DNA of 64,000 bases from an uncultured virus (IMG/VR IMGVR_UViG_3300001765_000069) (lineage: Duplodnaviria; Heunggongvirae; Uroviricota; Caudoviricetes). The notes under the pieces are model-generated. The model saw only the letters and a program-made list of their open reading frames with translations, did not search any database and was not told the DNA's origin. A program made the position numbers and the translations under genes. Of the stretch, positions 27,039 through 36,392 are shown piece after piece; positions within the stretch are counted from its first letter, which is position 1, and every line of letters begins with the position of its first letter. Where the stretch lies: IMG/VR virus record IMGVR_UViG_3300001765_000069; one strand, 5' to 3'.

Positions 27039-27521
27039 TTACGCGCCGACGCGCTCAATTGCGCCAGTGGTGCCGACGGCACCAGTACCAGCAGTACCCA
27101 GGGAAACCACACGCCACGCAAACAAGGCCGAGCTAGGTTGAGTGGTGGCCTTGCGGACATTTGCAGTTGCGTTGCCAAGTCTTGTACCTTTGGCCACAGG
27201 CGTACCCGCTACAACATAGTCGCCGATAGCCAGCACACCAGTACCTGCAGCCTCAGATCCGTCAAAGGTGACTTCCATCACGCCTGATTTGGTTACGGTG
27301 CCGATGGAGAAACCACCTTCGGTAGCGCCCTCGACCGCAGCAATCCGTGCCTCGATCGGGTTACCGACTGCAGCCAGCACGTAGCGAGACTCTCCGCCTA
27401 GTTTGGCAAACTTGCCTTCGTCCGCGTCAGACAAACGATCAGCCAGATCAGCACTGGCACCCAGTCGAACGGTCTGCGGGGTAACGCTGACGTCAACTAC
27501 TTCTTTGATAAAATGGGCCAT
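27039..27521 (-). CDS. Capsid decoration/cement protein
   Basis: 160 aa, Gly/Ala/Val-rich, between protease and capsid genes. Confidence 0.65.
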   Translation of the reverse strand: MAHFIKEVVDVSVTPQTVRLGASADLADRLSDADEGKFAKLGGESRYVLAAVGNPIEARIAAVEGATEGGFSIGTVTKSGVMEVTFDGSEAAGTGVLAIGDYVVAGTPVAKGTRLGNATANVRKATTQPSSALFAWRVVSLGTAGTGAVGTTGAIERVGA

Positions 27522-27532
27522 CTCTGGTCTCC

Positions 27533-28102
27533 TTACTTGTGGGCGCCAATTACGGCATTGACTCGGGCCATATGACGGGGGTCAATAGCCGGTTTCGAGG
27601 TTTCTTCTTCCTGGGCCGCGTCGATTGCAGCTACGCCGCCAGCTTTGAACTTGGCAGTGAACTTCTCCGACAGGACACGGTGATGGTCGACGACAGCGGC
27701 AGCGCTCAAGCCTTCAGCCGAGAATGCTGCACCGTTGAGGGCCAGCGACATGTTCGCTACCGACTTCTGTGCGATGGCCATCAAGCCTTCGTGGGCCGCT
27801 TGCATGCCAGTGACCTGGTCATTCAGCTTGGACAGGTCGATGTTGGCAGCCAGCAACTGGGCGCCGACATCTTTCAGTTGGGCCTGCAGCATCTCAACCA
27901 CGCCAATCTGAACTTCAGCAGTGATCTCGACGACATCGACAACAGCCTCAGCAACCGGAGTAGCAACAGCCGCCGGAGCAGCTTCAGACTCAACGCGGGT
28001 AGTGGGATCGGCAGGCACAACAGCCGGCGCGGCCGACGCTTCCAACTGCACGCCTTCAGCGGCTGCAGCCATCAGTTGTTCCTTACTTAGGGTACGCTTC
28101 AT
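27533..28102 (-). CDS. Scaffold protein from an internal in-frame start
   Basis: AAGGAG RBS before in-frame ATG (MKRTLSKEQ). TTGACA promoter-like element ~55 bp upstream. Confidence 0.65.
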   Translation of the reverse strand: MKRTLSKEQLMAAAAEGVQLEASAAPAVVPADPTTRVESEAAPAAVATPVAEAVVDVVEITAEVQIGVVEMLQAQLKDVGAQLLAANIDLSKLNDQVTGMQAAHEGLMAIAQKSVANMSLALNGAAFSAEGLSAAAVVDHHRVLSEKFTAKFKAGGVAAIDAAQEEETSKPAIDPRHMARVNAVIGAHK

Positions 28103-28972
28103 GGTAACTCCTTGCGTGTTATTGCGCGGATTGTTAATAGAATTTGCTGATGTGTCAATAGAATTATTTAATAGATCGGTCATCAACTCGTCGTACGACA
28201 TGATGCCGTCCACCAAGCCTGCAGCAAGGGCTTGCTCACCGAAGAAGTCCTTGCCGTCGCACATCTCTTTGTCGCAATAGTCGTAAGGCACATTCCGAGC
28301 CTCAGCCACGTGCTCTACGAAGATTTTGTAGGCTGCGTCCAATTGGCTCTGATATTGAATTTTGGCAACATCCGTCAGGGCTTCAACCGAGTTGACCAGG
28401 GCTTTGTACTGCCCGGAACGGAACACCGTGACTCCGACGCCATCGTCCATCAGCTGCTTGCTGTATTCCATGTGAGTGGAGATGATGCCAATCGAGCCAA
28501 TACCGGAAGTCCTCGAGGCATAGACCTTGGAAGCACTCGACAGCAACCAGTACCCAGCGCTGTAAGCCGTCTCTCCAAAACCAATGACAGGTTTGATCTT
28601 GCCCACCATCTTGATTAACTCACCGGTATCGTAACAGCCTGTGACAGCACCGCCATTAGACTCGACATCAAGCAGGATGGTCTCCACGTCAGGGTCGTTG
28701 GCGGCGTGAATCAACGCCTCACGGATGGCGCCGTAGCTGGTAATCCCGAACAGCCTGTTCCACATCGAGTCGCGATTGGTGATCGGGCCTTTGATGTTGA
28801 TGACGCCGATCGAACCATGCTTCTCGAACAGGTACGGATCCTCGTCTTCGTCTTCGTCGTCGCCGAAGTTGCCAGCCATCATCTTCTCAGTGATCGCCGT
28901 ATCCATCTTCGCCCATAGTTCCAGCGACTGCTCGCTGCCGGCCCACAGGCCTTCCAGTTGGTGTTTGTTCAT
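27533..28972 (-). CDS. S49 (SppA/ClpP-like) prohead protease with C-terminal scaffold domain
   Basis: ILLDVESNGG, AYSAGYWL, GSIGI and ALAAGLVDGI motifs. Confidence 0.9.
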   Translation of the reverse strand: MNKHQLEGLWAGSEQSLELWAKMDTAITEKMMAGNFGDDEDEDEDPYLFEKHGSIGVINIKGPITNRDSMWNRLFGITSYGAIREALIHAANDPDVETILLDVESNGGAVTGCYDTGELIKMVGKIKPVIGFGETAYSAGYWLLSSASKVYASRTSGIGSIGIISTHMEYSKQLMDDGVGVTVFRSGQYKALVNSVEALTDVAKIQYQSQLDAAYKIFVEHVAEARNVPYDYCDKEMCDGKDFFGEQALAAGLVDGIMSYDELMTDLLNNSIDTSANSINNPRNNTQGVTMKRTLSKEQLMAAAAEGVQLEASAAPAVVPADPTTRVESEAAPAAVATPVAEAVVDVVEITAEVQIGVVEMLQAQLKDVGAQLLAANIDLSKLNDQVTGMQAAHEGLMAIAQKSVANMSLALNGAAFSAEGLSAAAVVDHHRVLSEKFTAKFKAGGVAAIDAAQEEETSKPAIDPRHMARVNAVIGAHK

Positions 28973-30495
28973 TTCTGCTCCTTCTGTGGGTCAGCCTTTT
29001 TGTTACTGCCCCTGGCCTGCGTAGGTTGATCACTCTTCTGCTGCTGATTGAGCGTAGATCCATTGTTCGAAGTTGAGTCGGCCGGCTCGCTGGCTTTCGC
29101 CGACTTGAACATCGTGCCGCTGAGCGGAACATAGCCGGCTGGTGGCAAGTGACCAGTCAAGGTAATGCATGCCTCATCGTCCGAGATCATGCCCAGCGAC
29201 AATTGCTCCAGCAAGCGTGACTGCTTGATCGACTTGAACGCCTCCAGTTCACTCTCCGGACGCAAGTCGACTGACTCGTACTTGAACTCAACGTAGACAT
29301 CCAGTCCGAACAGTCGCAAGGCAAGTGTCAGCGTGCGCGAATAGACCTCGTTCAACTTCAACGTGACCACGCCCTCGACCGACTTGGTGAACAGCATCGT
29401 CTCGGTGGAGGCAATATTCGCGGACTGCGTGCCGTGTCCAAGAACAGACGGCATCGCTTTCGCGCCCGTAGCCATCTTCGAATCGATCATGCCACCGAGC
29501 ACCTTGTACTCTTCGGACAGGGAGGCGTTGCCATTGTTGAGCAACTCCACGCCGATCGTATCGAAGTAGACCAAAGCATCTTCAGGCTCTAGGTTTGACA
29601 GCTTAGTCTCGATGTCTGCTACGATTTGAGCACGAGCCGCAGCCACCTTGGATTCATCATTCTTCACTTGCTGAGGAAGCGCAGCGAGAAACTTTTCCTC
29701 GTTGATGGTCACCTCAAGTCTCGGGTGAATCACGCGTTTTACGATGCGTCGAATATCGTTCTGGAAGTCCTCACTGGACAGCACCGGCTTCAGTGCCGGC
29801 TCCAGTGGAGAACTGGCATACGGATCCAGCAAGTCTTGATCAAGCGAGCAGTAGAAGAATGTCGGGATGTCGAGGTCCGTCTCCACGCCCGAGATGATCT
29901 GAACCGGCTTCAACTGCTTGCCGTCTGGCTTGAACTTGATGTGCTTGACCGAGATCGGCTGAATCCTGCGAGGCAGCCTGTCCTTGCCCAGCACCAATTC
30001 CAATGAACACGCACCTTCCAGCAGCAATTCCTTGGCCAGCGACTCCGAGTTCGAGCGCATTGAGGATGTGCCGGAGAAGCCGGTGGAGTAATCGGTCAGG
30101 ATGTCGAAGCGAACCAACAGCTGATGGAGGAGGGCGGTGCCCTCCGGCGAATGCGTGCCGTCCAGGTTCTTCGCCAGCGCAGTGTAGCCACGAGTGATGC
30201 CGAGTCGGAGGTACGAGAACACTGCCGACGACAAGTCTGGGCTGGCTGCCACAAAATCACGGATCGCAGTCTTGGTATCAGCTGCATCCCGGAACGTGGT
30301 CAGATCGGTCTGCAGCAATCGTCGATCGGTCGTCGCTAGCACCGACGTGGACTGAGACTTCGCCGACTTCAGGTAACTGGATACTGCTACCTGATCCCGT
30401 GAGCGAACCTTCGGCACCTCTGGCGGCGCCGGCTGTGCGGCGGCTTGCATCGCAGGCTTGCCACCACCAAAAAACTTCTTGACTGAATCGAACAT
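28969..30495 (-). CDS. Portal protein
   Basis: 508 aa directly upstream of the protease and downstream of the terminase; typical size and charged tail. Confidence 0.8.
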   Translation of the reverse strand: MFDSVKKFFGGGKPAMQAAAQPAPPEVPKVRSRDQVAVSSYLKSAKSQSTSVLATTDRRLLQTDLTTFRDAADTKTAIRDFVAASPDLSSAVFSYLRLGITRGYTALAKNLDGTHSPEGTALLHQLLVRFDILTDYSTGFSGTSSMRSNSESLAKELLLEGACSLELVLGKDRLPRRIQPISVKHIKFKPDGKQLKPVQIISGVETDLDIPTFFYCSLDQDLLDPYASSPLEPALKPVLSSEDFQNDIRRIVKRVIHPRLEVTINEEKFLAALPQQVKNDESKVAAARAQIVADIETKLSNLEPEDALVYFDTIGVELLNNGNASLSEEYKVLGGMIDSKMATGAKAMPSVLGHGTQSANIASTETMLFTKSVEGVVTLKLNEVYSRTLTLALRLFGLDVYVEFKYESVDLRPESELEAFKSIKQSRLLEQLSLGMISDDEACITLTGHLPPAGYVPLSGTMFKSAKASEPADSTSNNGSTLNQQQKSDQPTQARGSNKKADPQKEQK

Positions 30496-30521
30496 TGAGC
30501 GCCCCCGGCGGAATTACGCGG

Positions 30522-30564
30522 AGGCTACATCAATTCAGCTTATGCGTCCATAGAAGTAATTTAT
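30522..30564 (-). repeat. 43-bp direct repeat copy 1, contains a promoter-like element (portal leader)
   Basis: Identical to 31915-31957. Minus strand reads TGGACG-17 bp-TAGCCT. Confidence 0.9.
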
Positions 30565-30572
30565 GTATATGG

Positions 30573-31139
30573 CTACCCGCAAGTGACAGGCTGATAGACC
30601 CCACCAACCTTCACATAAGCACTATCGATAGGCGAATAAGCTCCGTTAGCCTTATGGCTCACGCTAAGCGCACAAGCATAGGCACCTTCTACTTTGACTT
30701 TGAAGTGTCCTGCCCCACCACCTACAGAATCTCCACTAAAAACTACAGAGGTTATCGAAACATCGTGACGTATCGAATTCCACCACCCATGTACATCATC
30801 GAAACTAATATATGTTATATCACTGGTAAGACTAGAGGTATCCACAACTAATGGGAAGGTAGCGTTCTGCAGAGATACGCTTATTGTAGGACCAGACTCC
30901 TGATAAATATTGAAATAAGAAACTACTCCATCTTCATAAAACCCACTCGGTGCATAAATATCAATAGTTACGCTAGTTGGTCTGTACCCAACCATCCAAG
31001 TACCATTTGGTGTATATGTTATATCGGAGTAGTAAGGTGAACCACTTTGATTTATTATCAATGGTGTGACGCCATCTACATCCCATACGTCACCGAATGT
31101 ACCAATCCAATCTGTTCCATTCCAATTAGGTGCTGGCAT
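30573..31139 (-). CDS. AT-rich beta-sandwich protein with fibre-type C-terminal motif
   Basis: Ends KVKVEGAY...AYVKVGGVYQPV. Low GC. Confidence 0.6.
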   Translation of the reverse strand: MPAPNWNGTDWIGTFGDVWDVDGVTPLIINQSGSPYYSDITYTPNGTWMVGYRPTSVTIDIYAPSGFYEDGVVSYFNIYQESGPTISVSLQNATFPLVVDTSSLTSDITYISFDDVHGWWNSIRHDVSITSVVFSGDSVGGGAGHFKVKVEGAYACALSVSHKANGAYSPIDSAYVKVGGVYQPVTCG

Positions 31140-31668
31140 TTAATCTTCTCCTTGTACCATACATTGAAAAATGTGCCAAATTGACATCAATCTTCTCAAG
31201 TGGTTCTTTTGCTATACGCAGTATTCCGTTAAACCTTACGTCGCCACCTAGATCAGTTGTGTCATACATACCAAAATCTTTATAAAGAGACTTGTGGTAA
31301 ATAAAACTTTGCTGGCGTCCGTTATAACGAAATATGTCGTGGGGCTCTATTTGAATCTTACCATGTAACCACCTATATGTAGTAACCTTAAGTATAGGCT
31401 GTAACTGTTTTAAAGCATTTGGGTATAACCAGTCATCAGCACCTAGGAAGTACAACCACTGATTTCTAGAGGCTTGGATTCCAATATTCTGCGCTTCGTA
31501 GATGTTCGACCCAGGCGCGTCAATGAACGCGCCAAGTATCTCCCTAGTGCCATCTGTAGAGCCGCCGTCAATAAACAAGTGCTCTACCACGCCTTGGCTT
31601 TTAACGCTGTCAATACACCTGCTTAGGGTCTCAGCTGCGTTAAGCGTAGGCGTGATGATGGTTATCAC
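31126..31668 (-). CDS. Glycosyltransferase family 2 (short GT-A fold)
   Basis: ITIITPTLNAAETL...IDGGSTDGT...IYEAQNIGI...FLGADD. Confidence 0.88.
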   Translation of the reverse strand: MITIITPTLNAAETLSRCIDSVKSQGVVEHLFIDGGSTDGTREILGAFIDAPGSNIYEAQNIGIQASRNQWLYFLGADDWLYPNALKQLQPILKVTTYRWLHGKIQIEPHDIFRYNGRQQSFIYHKSLYKDFGMYDTTDLGGDVRFNGILRIAKEPLEKIDVNLAHFSMYGTRRRLNAST

Positions 31669-31889
31669 GCAGTTTGAATCCAGATGGTCCCGTCAGGTCG
31701 ACCGTCTGCGTCATTTGGGCCGTCTGCCGACACCACCAGAACATCCCCACCGGGACCAGTAATCGTCGGGTTGCTGTTGACATCACGACTTCCAACCAGC
31801 AACTCGCCTCGACGTAACATCTGGATAAGCGCAACCTCCATCTCGCTAGTGGGCTGGGCTTGCTGAGCATCAAATAGGTAGCTGGGCAT
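31665..31889 (-). CDS. Small protein with fibre-hinge-like C-terminus
   Basis: PNDADGRPDGTIWIQ. RBS GGAG; GTGA overlap with the GT gene. Confidence 0.55.
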   Translation of the reverse strand: MPSYLFDAQQAQPTSEMEVALIQMLRRGELLVGSRDVNSNPTITGPGGDVLVVSADGPNDADGRPDGTIWIQTA

Positions 31890-31914
31890 ATCACGGACTC
31901 CAAAAATTTTCTGC

Positions 31915-31957
31915 AGGCTACATCAATTCAGCTTATGCGTCCATAGAAGTAATTTAT
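31915..31957 (-). repeat. 43-bp direct repeat copy 2
   Basis: AGGCTACATCAATTCAGCTTATGCGTCCATAGAAGTAATTTAT, overlapping the terminase stop codon. Confidence 0.9.
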
Positions 31958-33684
31958 CGCCCCGTACCCCACCCACGCCTAGCCTCCCAAGCCAACTCTG
32001 CCGGGTTCAATACCCTCTGCGGCAAGATGAACGTATTGACTGCGAAGCTGGAGATCGACGACACGTGAGCCGTACCTTTCAAGCGTGAGGCAATGTATGT
32101 GTAGAGTAGTGTGTGGTGGTAATGGTCATTGCCCAGTGTCGACTTCTTCCAGGTGTAAACGATCTCGTTGGAGTCGTCGAAGACCTTGCCGCGCTTCATG
32201 TCCATCATGTGCTCAACTATGAGTTCTTTTTCTGGAGTTTGGCAGAATGCAACCATACCGTTCCGCACGTCCTGCATCAGCGCATCGAATGCTTTGTCGC
32301 GATTGATGTTGACCTGGCGCACCAACTCCTTGCCCTTCTTGTCATCCTCTTCCTGGATCTTGGTGGTGTACAGCTCTACCGCCTTCGAGCGCACGTAGAT
32401 GGCGCCAAACAGGTTCTGCAGATTCGCCTGCATGCCGATGATCGTCTCCGTGTAGGGCTGTGAGTCAGACACGATGACCGACGCGTTGTAGCGCAAGCTC
32501 ACCTCAGCCACTCGAGTGCGCAAGCTGCCCACCGGGATCCGTTCCGCGTGAATGATCAGAAGGCTGTCGTCGGCACCCACGTCCGCCACCATCAGGTGAT
32601 TGGTGATACCAAGGTCAAGCCCGATGACGCGGGTGTGCCCAGCCTGGTCAGCGTTCACAAACAGCGCCTCAAGTTCCTCCTTCAGGAAGCTGGCGTCCTT
32701 GTCTTCCATGGCTTTGCCAAGGCCGAAGTTGACGAAGTCCTGCACTCGCTTGTAGTTGGTGGATGTCTTGATGAGGCTGGGGCAGGTGATGATGTTGGGG
32801 GCGTCAAACGGAGACACACGGAAGCCGGCCGCGATGTGGTTCTCCGTCGGGTTCTCACAAACAAATTCACGATGCTCCGGCTGCAGCGACGGCACCCCGC
32901 CGCACGACGGGCAATGCAGGGCAGCCTCCTGCCAACGGATCCTCGGCAGCAGGCCTTTGGTGATCGTTCGCAAGTCTTCAGTAAACCCTGGCACCCTGAT
33001 GTGCCGATAGTAATCAGGCTCAAACCAGTGGTTGCAGTGGCTGCATTTGATGAGGTTGACGTGCCTTCTCGAGGCCTTGAATTCGGCGTCGATGCCGAAG
33101 TCGGGCAGCGTCGGCGTCGACAGCTTGGTCTTACGCTTGTACTCAGAGTGGGTGATCCGCGACTCATACTGGCTCAGCACTTCTTGATCCGAGAAATCAA
33201 CCTCGTCATGGATCAAGTGGTCCACCGGGATCGAGATGGCGGCGTTACCGGCGGCGCATCCGCGGAAGTGCAGGAACGACTCGCCGAACATCTTCACTTC
33301 GCTGTTATCTACCGCCACGTTCAACGCATCACGCGCATACGGAGACGACGCGATCACGGGATCCAGACGTGTCTTCACGAACATGCTGGCGAAGCCTGCC
33401 GTCGGCAGGGTGTACGCGATCGTATAGGGTGAAATGATGTTGGCCAAGGCCAATGCTGTCCGCACCGATATCTCTGACAGGCCCACCTGAGAAGGCTTGA
33501 TGATCACCTTCTCCTGCGAATCGTCGCGAAGGATCACCTCCTGGTACTCGTGATTCTTGAATGAGAACGGACGCCCACCGATCTTGGTGTGCTTCACCAG
33601 CCAGTCCGGCACTTGGCTCGCCGTGAAGCGAGACAGCACCATCGCCCGCAGGCGCTCGATATGATTGAACTCTGTTGGGTTCAT
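31954..33684 (-). CDS. terL: Terminase large subunit (GpA-like)
   Basis: KPSQVGLSE, Walker B IHDEVD, STPT motif, CxxC pairs, nuclease IGLDLG and NDHYHH. Confidence 0.9.
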   Translation of the reverse strand: MNPTEFNHIERLRAMVLSRFTASQVPDWLVKHTKIGGRPFSFKNHEYQEVILRDDSQEKVIIKPSQVGLSEISVRTALALANIISPYTIAYTLPTAGFASMFVKTRLDPVIASSPYARDALNVAVDNSEVKMFGESFLHFRGCAAGNAAISIPVDHLIHDEVDFSDQEVLSQYESRITHSEYKRKTKLSTPTLPDFGIDAEFKASRRHVNLIKCSHCNHWFEPDYYRHIRVPGFTEDLRTITKGLLPRIRWQEAALHCPSCGGVPSLQPEHREFVCENPTENHIAAGFRVSPFDAPNIITCPSLIKTSTNYKRVQDFVNFGLGKAMEDKDASFLKEELEALFVNADQAGHTRVIGLDLGITNHLMVADVGADDSLLIIHAERIPVGSLRTRVAEVSLRYNASVIVSDSQPYTETIIGMQANLQNLFGAIYVRSKAVELYTTKIQEEDDKKGKELVRQVNINRDKAFDALMQDVRNGMVAFCQTPEKELIVEHMMDMKRGKVFDDSNEIVYTWKKSTLGNDHYHHTLLYTYIASRLKGTAHVSSISSFAVNTFILPQRVLNPAELAWEARRGWGTGR

Positions 33685-34127
33685 TCCTCCTCCAGCATCT
33701 TCGCGTACTCGTCAATGAACTCGGTGGCCATCTCGATCGGCCACTTCTTCAACTGGGCAATCAACATCGCTTCGATCCGCTTGAAGCGTTCCTGGGAATA
33801 GAACTTCGACTGTGTGTCCTGAATCTTGGCAAGTGTCGAGGCGCATGTATTCATGACTTGTGCCTTTTGGTTGGCTGGCGTGTCCATGTCAGTCATCACG
33901 GACACCTGCAACTCCTTGGCAAGCGCGTACTGCAACATGAGCTCCTCCTCCACGTTGATGTCACTGAACGTGCGCGGTGGCAGCATGGTGTCAATACGTG
34001 CGCGTTCCGCCAACAGTGCCTGCAGACTCGACATCTCGGCCACCTGCTGCATCCCGCGCTCACGCCGCGCCTTGTCAAAGTCAAACAGGGGTGGCCTCGA
34101 CGTGTCTGTCTCGCTCTCAAATTGCAT
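33681..34127 (-). CDS. Probable terminase small subunit
   Basis: 148-aa helical ORF with ATGA overlap to terL. Assigned by synteny. Confidence 0.6.
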   Translation of the reverse strand: MQFESETDTSRPPLFDFDKARRERGMQQVAEMSSLQALLAERARIDTMLPPRTFSDINVEEELMLQYALAKELQVSVMTDMDTPANQKAQVMNTCASTLAKIQDTQSKFYSQERFKRIEAMLIAQLKKWPIEMATEFIDEYAKMLEEE

Positions 34128-35172
34128 GGCTACTACCTTTCAAAATCTCGGCGAAGAACGCCTGATGGTATACAGACTGTGAGCGCAGGGTCGCCCATGA
34201 CAGCCCGAATGGTGTGCAGTATCTCCCGAACCCTTCCTCAAGTGCATGCACCGGGGTGTCAGCGATCGTTGACATGTCGTTCAAGTTGAACTCTGCCGTC
34301 AACACTGCGATCAACTTGTCCTTGAAGCTAGCGTGCCGCATGTCACGCGGCGCACGGTAACCCTTAACCGGTGGGAACTCGTCGTAGATCGCCTTCAACT
34401 TTAAGGCCACGCCGCTGTGGTCGTTGTGATCAATCTCGTTGGCAATGGCAAGCCTGAAATACTTGGGATAGCGCGTCAGCATTGTCATTGATATCCCAGG
34501 GTGGCCCCGCAGGGCGTCTTCCACGTACCTGAACATCTGTCTTTGCGATATTCCGAGGTCTTTGGCCAAGTTTGTGACCGCTTTTTGACCTTTTACTGCA
34601 GAAATCGCTGCTATTTTGTACTCGTTTAGGCGTTTTCTAGTTTCTTTGGAGTGATTTTCACGCTGTTTGGTGACCTTAAATGGCTTTCTTTTGACACTAA
34701 ATAGCCTCATCAGCCGGTAAATATGAGCGCTCGTCACGCCAAGTTCAGATGATGCCTCACGTACAGCAGCCCCGTACGCCTCTTGGTCCTGGTACTCCAG
34801 GGTCAGTTTTTCGAAGATTTCCTGCAATTTGTGGAGTTTGTCACCCCACAGCGTGAGCAACTGCTTGCGTCTGATGTTATCAAGGTCAGGGTGGGGCTCT
34901 CCTGAGATCAAGGCTTCTACCACGCCTTCTTTCTTCACCTTGGCCATGTTGAAAGATCTGCTGCTGCAGTACTGGTACAAAGCTATTGGCGATAATCCTG
35001 CTTTTGTGGCAAGGGTGGCAAGGTGTGTATTCGGCACCTTGTCCTTCGTCCGCCACTGCTTGATCGTGTTGACTGAAGTTCCGGTGGACTTGGCGACTTC
35101 TTCGTACGTGCCGAATGCATAAAGCGCCTGTTGTACCAGAGAGCTTGGATTAGTTAGCGTTATCTTTGACAT
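34117..35172 (-). CDS. Multi-HTH DNA-binding protein
   Basis: At least three HTH-like segments: YEEVAKSTGTSVNTIKQW, VREASSELGVTSAHIYRL, VTNLAKDLGISQRQMFRY. Confidence 0.7.
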   Translation of the reverse strand: MSKITLTNPSSLVQQALYAFGTYEEVAKSTGTSVNTIKQWRTKDKVPNTHLATLATKAGLSPIALYQYCSSRSFNMAKVKKEGVVEALISGEPHPDLDNIRRKQLLTLWGDKLHKLQEIFEKLTLEYQDQEAYGAAVREASSELGVTSAHIYRLMRLFSVKRKPFKVTKQRENHSKETRKRLNEYKIAAISAVKGQKAVTNLAKDLGISQRQMFRYVEDALRGHPGISMTMLTRYPKYFRLAIANEIDHNDHSGVALKLKAIYDEFPPVKGYRAPRDMRHASFKDKLIAVLTAEFNLNDMSTIADTPVHALEEGFGRYCTPFGLSWATLRSQSVYHQAFFAEILKGSSHAI

Positions 35173-35277
35173 GATGAGTGACCTCTAACTTGTTGATTAA
35201 AGTCATCAAATTGGGAATAGTCCGATGACTATTCAGCATAGCATGCAAAGCTTACGTGCGCTTTGGTACATATTACT

Positions 35278-35598
35278 TTAGTTATACGTCTGCTTCGACA
35301 AGATGTAGCTACGCATGGCAAGTTTTACGATGGTGTCTTTGGAGATGGAGAGGGTGGATGACACCTCGGTTAGCAAGTCTTGTGTATCCCGCTCTATGGT
35401 GTACGCCCCCGGCTTCGTCTTGTCCCATCCGGCAGGATTACTCATCACCCTGCTTATCATCTGAGGCATGTCGGCCAAGGCCGCTTCAAGGGCCAGGTTC
35501 ACTTGCTCGGACTTGGAGGTTTGCTCGGCCTTGGCGATGTCGGCCATCTTGACGTCCAAAGCGATATCGATATTGCAGGTGTAGGTGGATCTTGCCAT
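35278..35598 (-). CDS. Tandem ribbon-helix-helix protein
   Basis: Two RHH-like units: TYTCNID...SKSEQVNLALE and AYTIERD...SKDTIVKLAMR. Confidence 0.65.
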   Translation of the reverse strand: MARSTYTCNIDIALDVKMADIAKAEQTSKSEQVNLALEAALADMPQMISRVMSNPAGWDKTKPGAYTIERDTQDLLTEVSSTLSISKDTIVKLAMRSYILSKQTYN

Positions 35599-35747
35599 TT
35601 TCAACCTTTCGAACTCGTATGTTGAACGCAGTATAGTTCGTTATTTGTTATATAGCAAATTGTAGAAAGTTTGAAAATGTCGTTGCGCTGGGAGAGTGAG
35701 GTGGGGGCCTGGCCTGGTCGCTCCTGGTGGAAAATGCTATGCCGTCA

Positions 35748-36156
35748 AGGTTGATCCTCACCACGACCACGGCCACTGCCTACAGGTTGATCCTCACCAC
35801 GGCCACGGCCTACAGGTTGATCCTCACCACGGCCACGGCCTACAGGTTGATCCTCACCACGGCCACGGNNNNNNNNNNNNNNNNNNNNNNNNNNNNNNNN
35901 NNNNNNNNNNNNNNNNNNNNNNNNNNNNNNNNNNNNNNNNNNNNNNNNNNNNNNNNNNNNNNNNNNNNACCACGGCCACGGCCACGGCCTACAGGTTGAT
36001 CCTCACCACGGCCACGGCCACGGCCTACAGGTTGATCCTCACCACGGCCACGGCCTACAGGTTGATCCTCACCACGGCCACGGCCACGGCCTACAGGTTG
36101 ATCCTCACCACGGCCACGGCCACGGCCTACAGGTTGATCCTCACCACGGCCACGGC
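35748..36156. repeat. Tandem array A, 30/36-bp units, with assembly gap
   Basis: GGTTGATCCTCAC(CACGGC)2-3CTACA, 9 visible cores; 100 N at 35869-35968. Confidence 0.95.
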
Positions 36157-36392
36157 AATATCCATGCCAATAATACATGCCGATATATCGTCACAGTGTA
36201 TGATAAATCGACATATATCATGGCACGATATATTCCATGCCATCGTAACCAATTGATTACATTGAATATAATACTTTGACATATATTGGCATGCTACCTG
36301 CTTATAGATAGGCGAGCCGCCAGCTTTTTGCGCCTCTCGCGTTGCATGCCGCATAGTGCCGGTATGGCGCATTGATTGGAGTTACTACTACT

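Noticed and set aside
25906..33432. Long plus-strand ORFs opposite capsid and terminase (e.g. 25906-27006, 32548-33432)
   Set aside because: Antisense shadows of GC-rich genes, with no RBS or recognisable motifs.
35696..36256. His-rich (QVDPHHGHGL)n or other ORFs through array A
   Set aside because: Open frames arise trivially from 30/36-bp units and span an N gap of unknown size. The core shared with the non-triplet array B favours a non-coding role. Not fully excluded.
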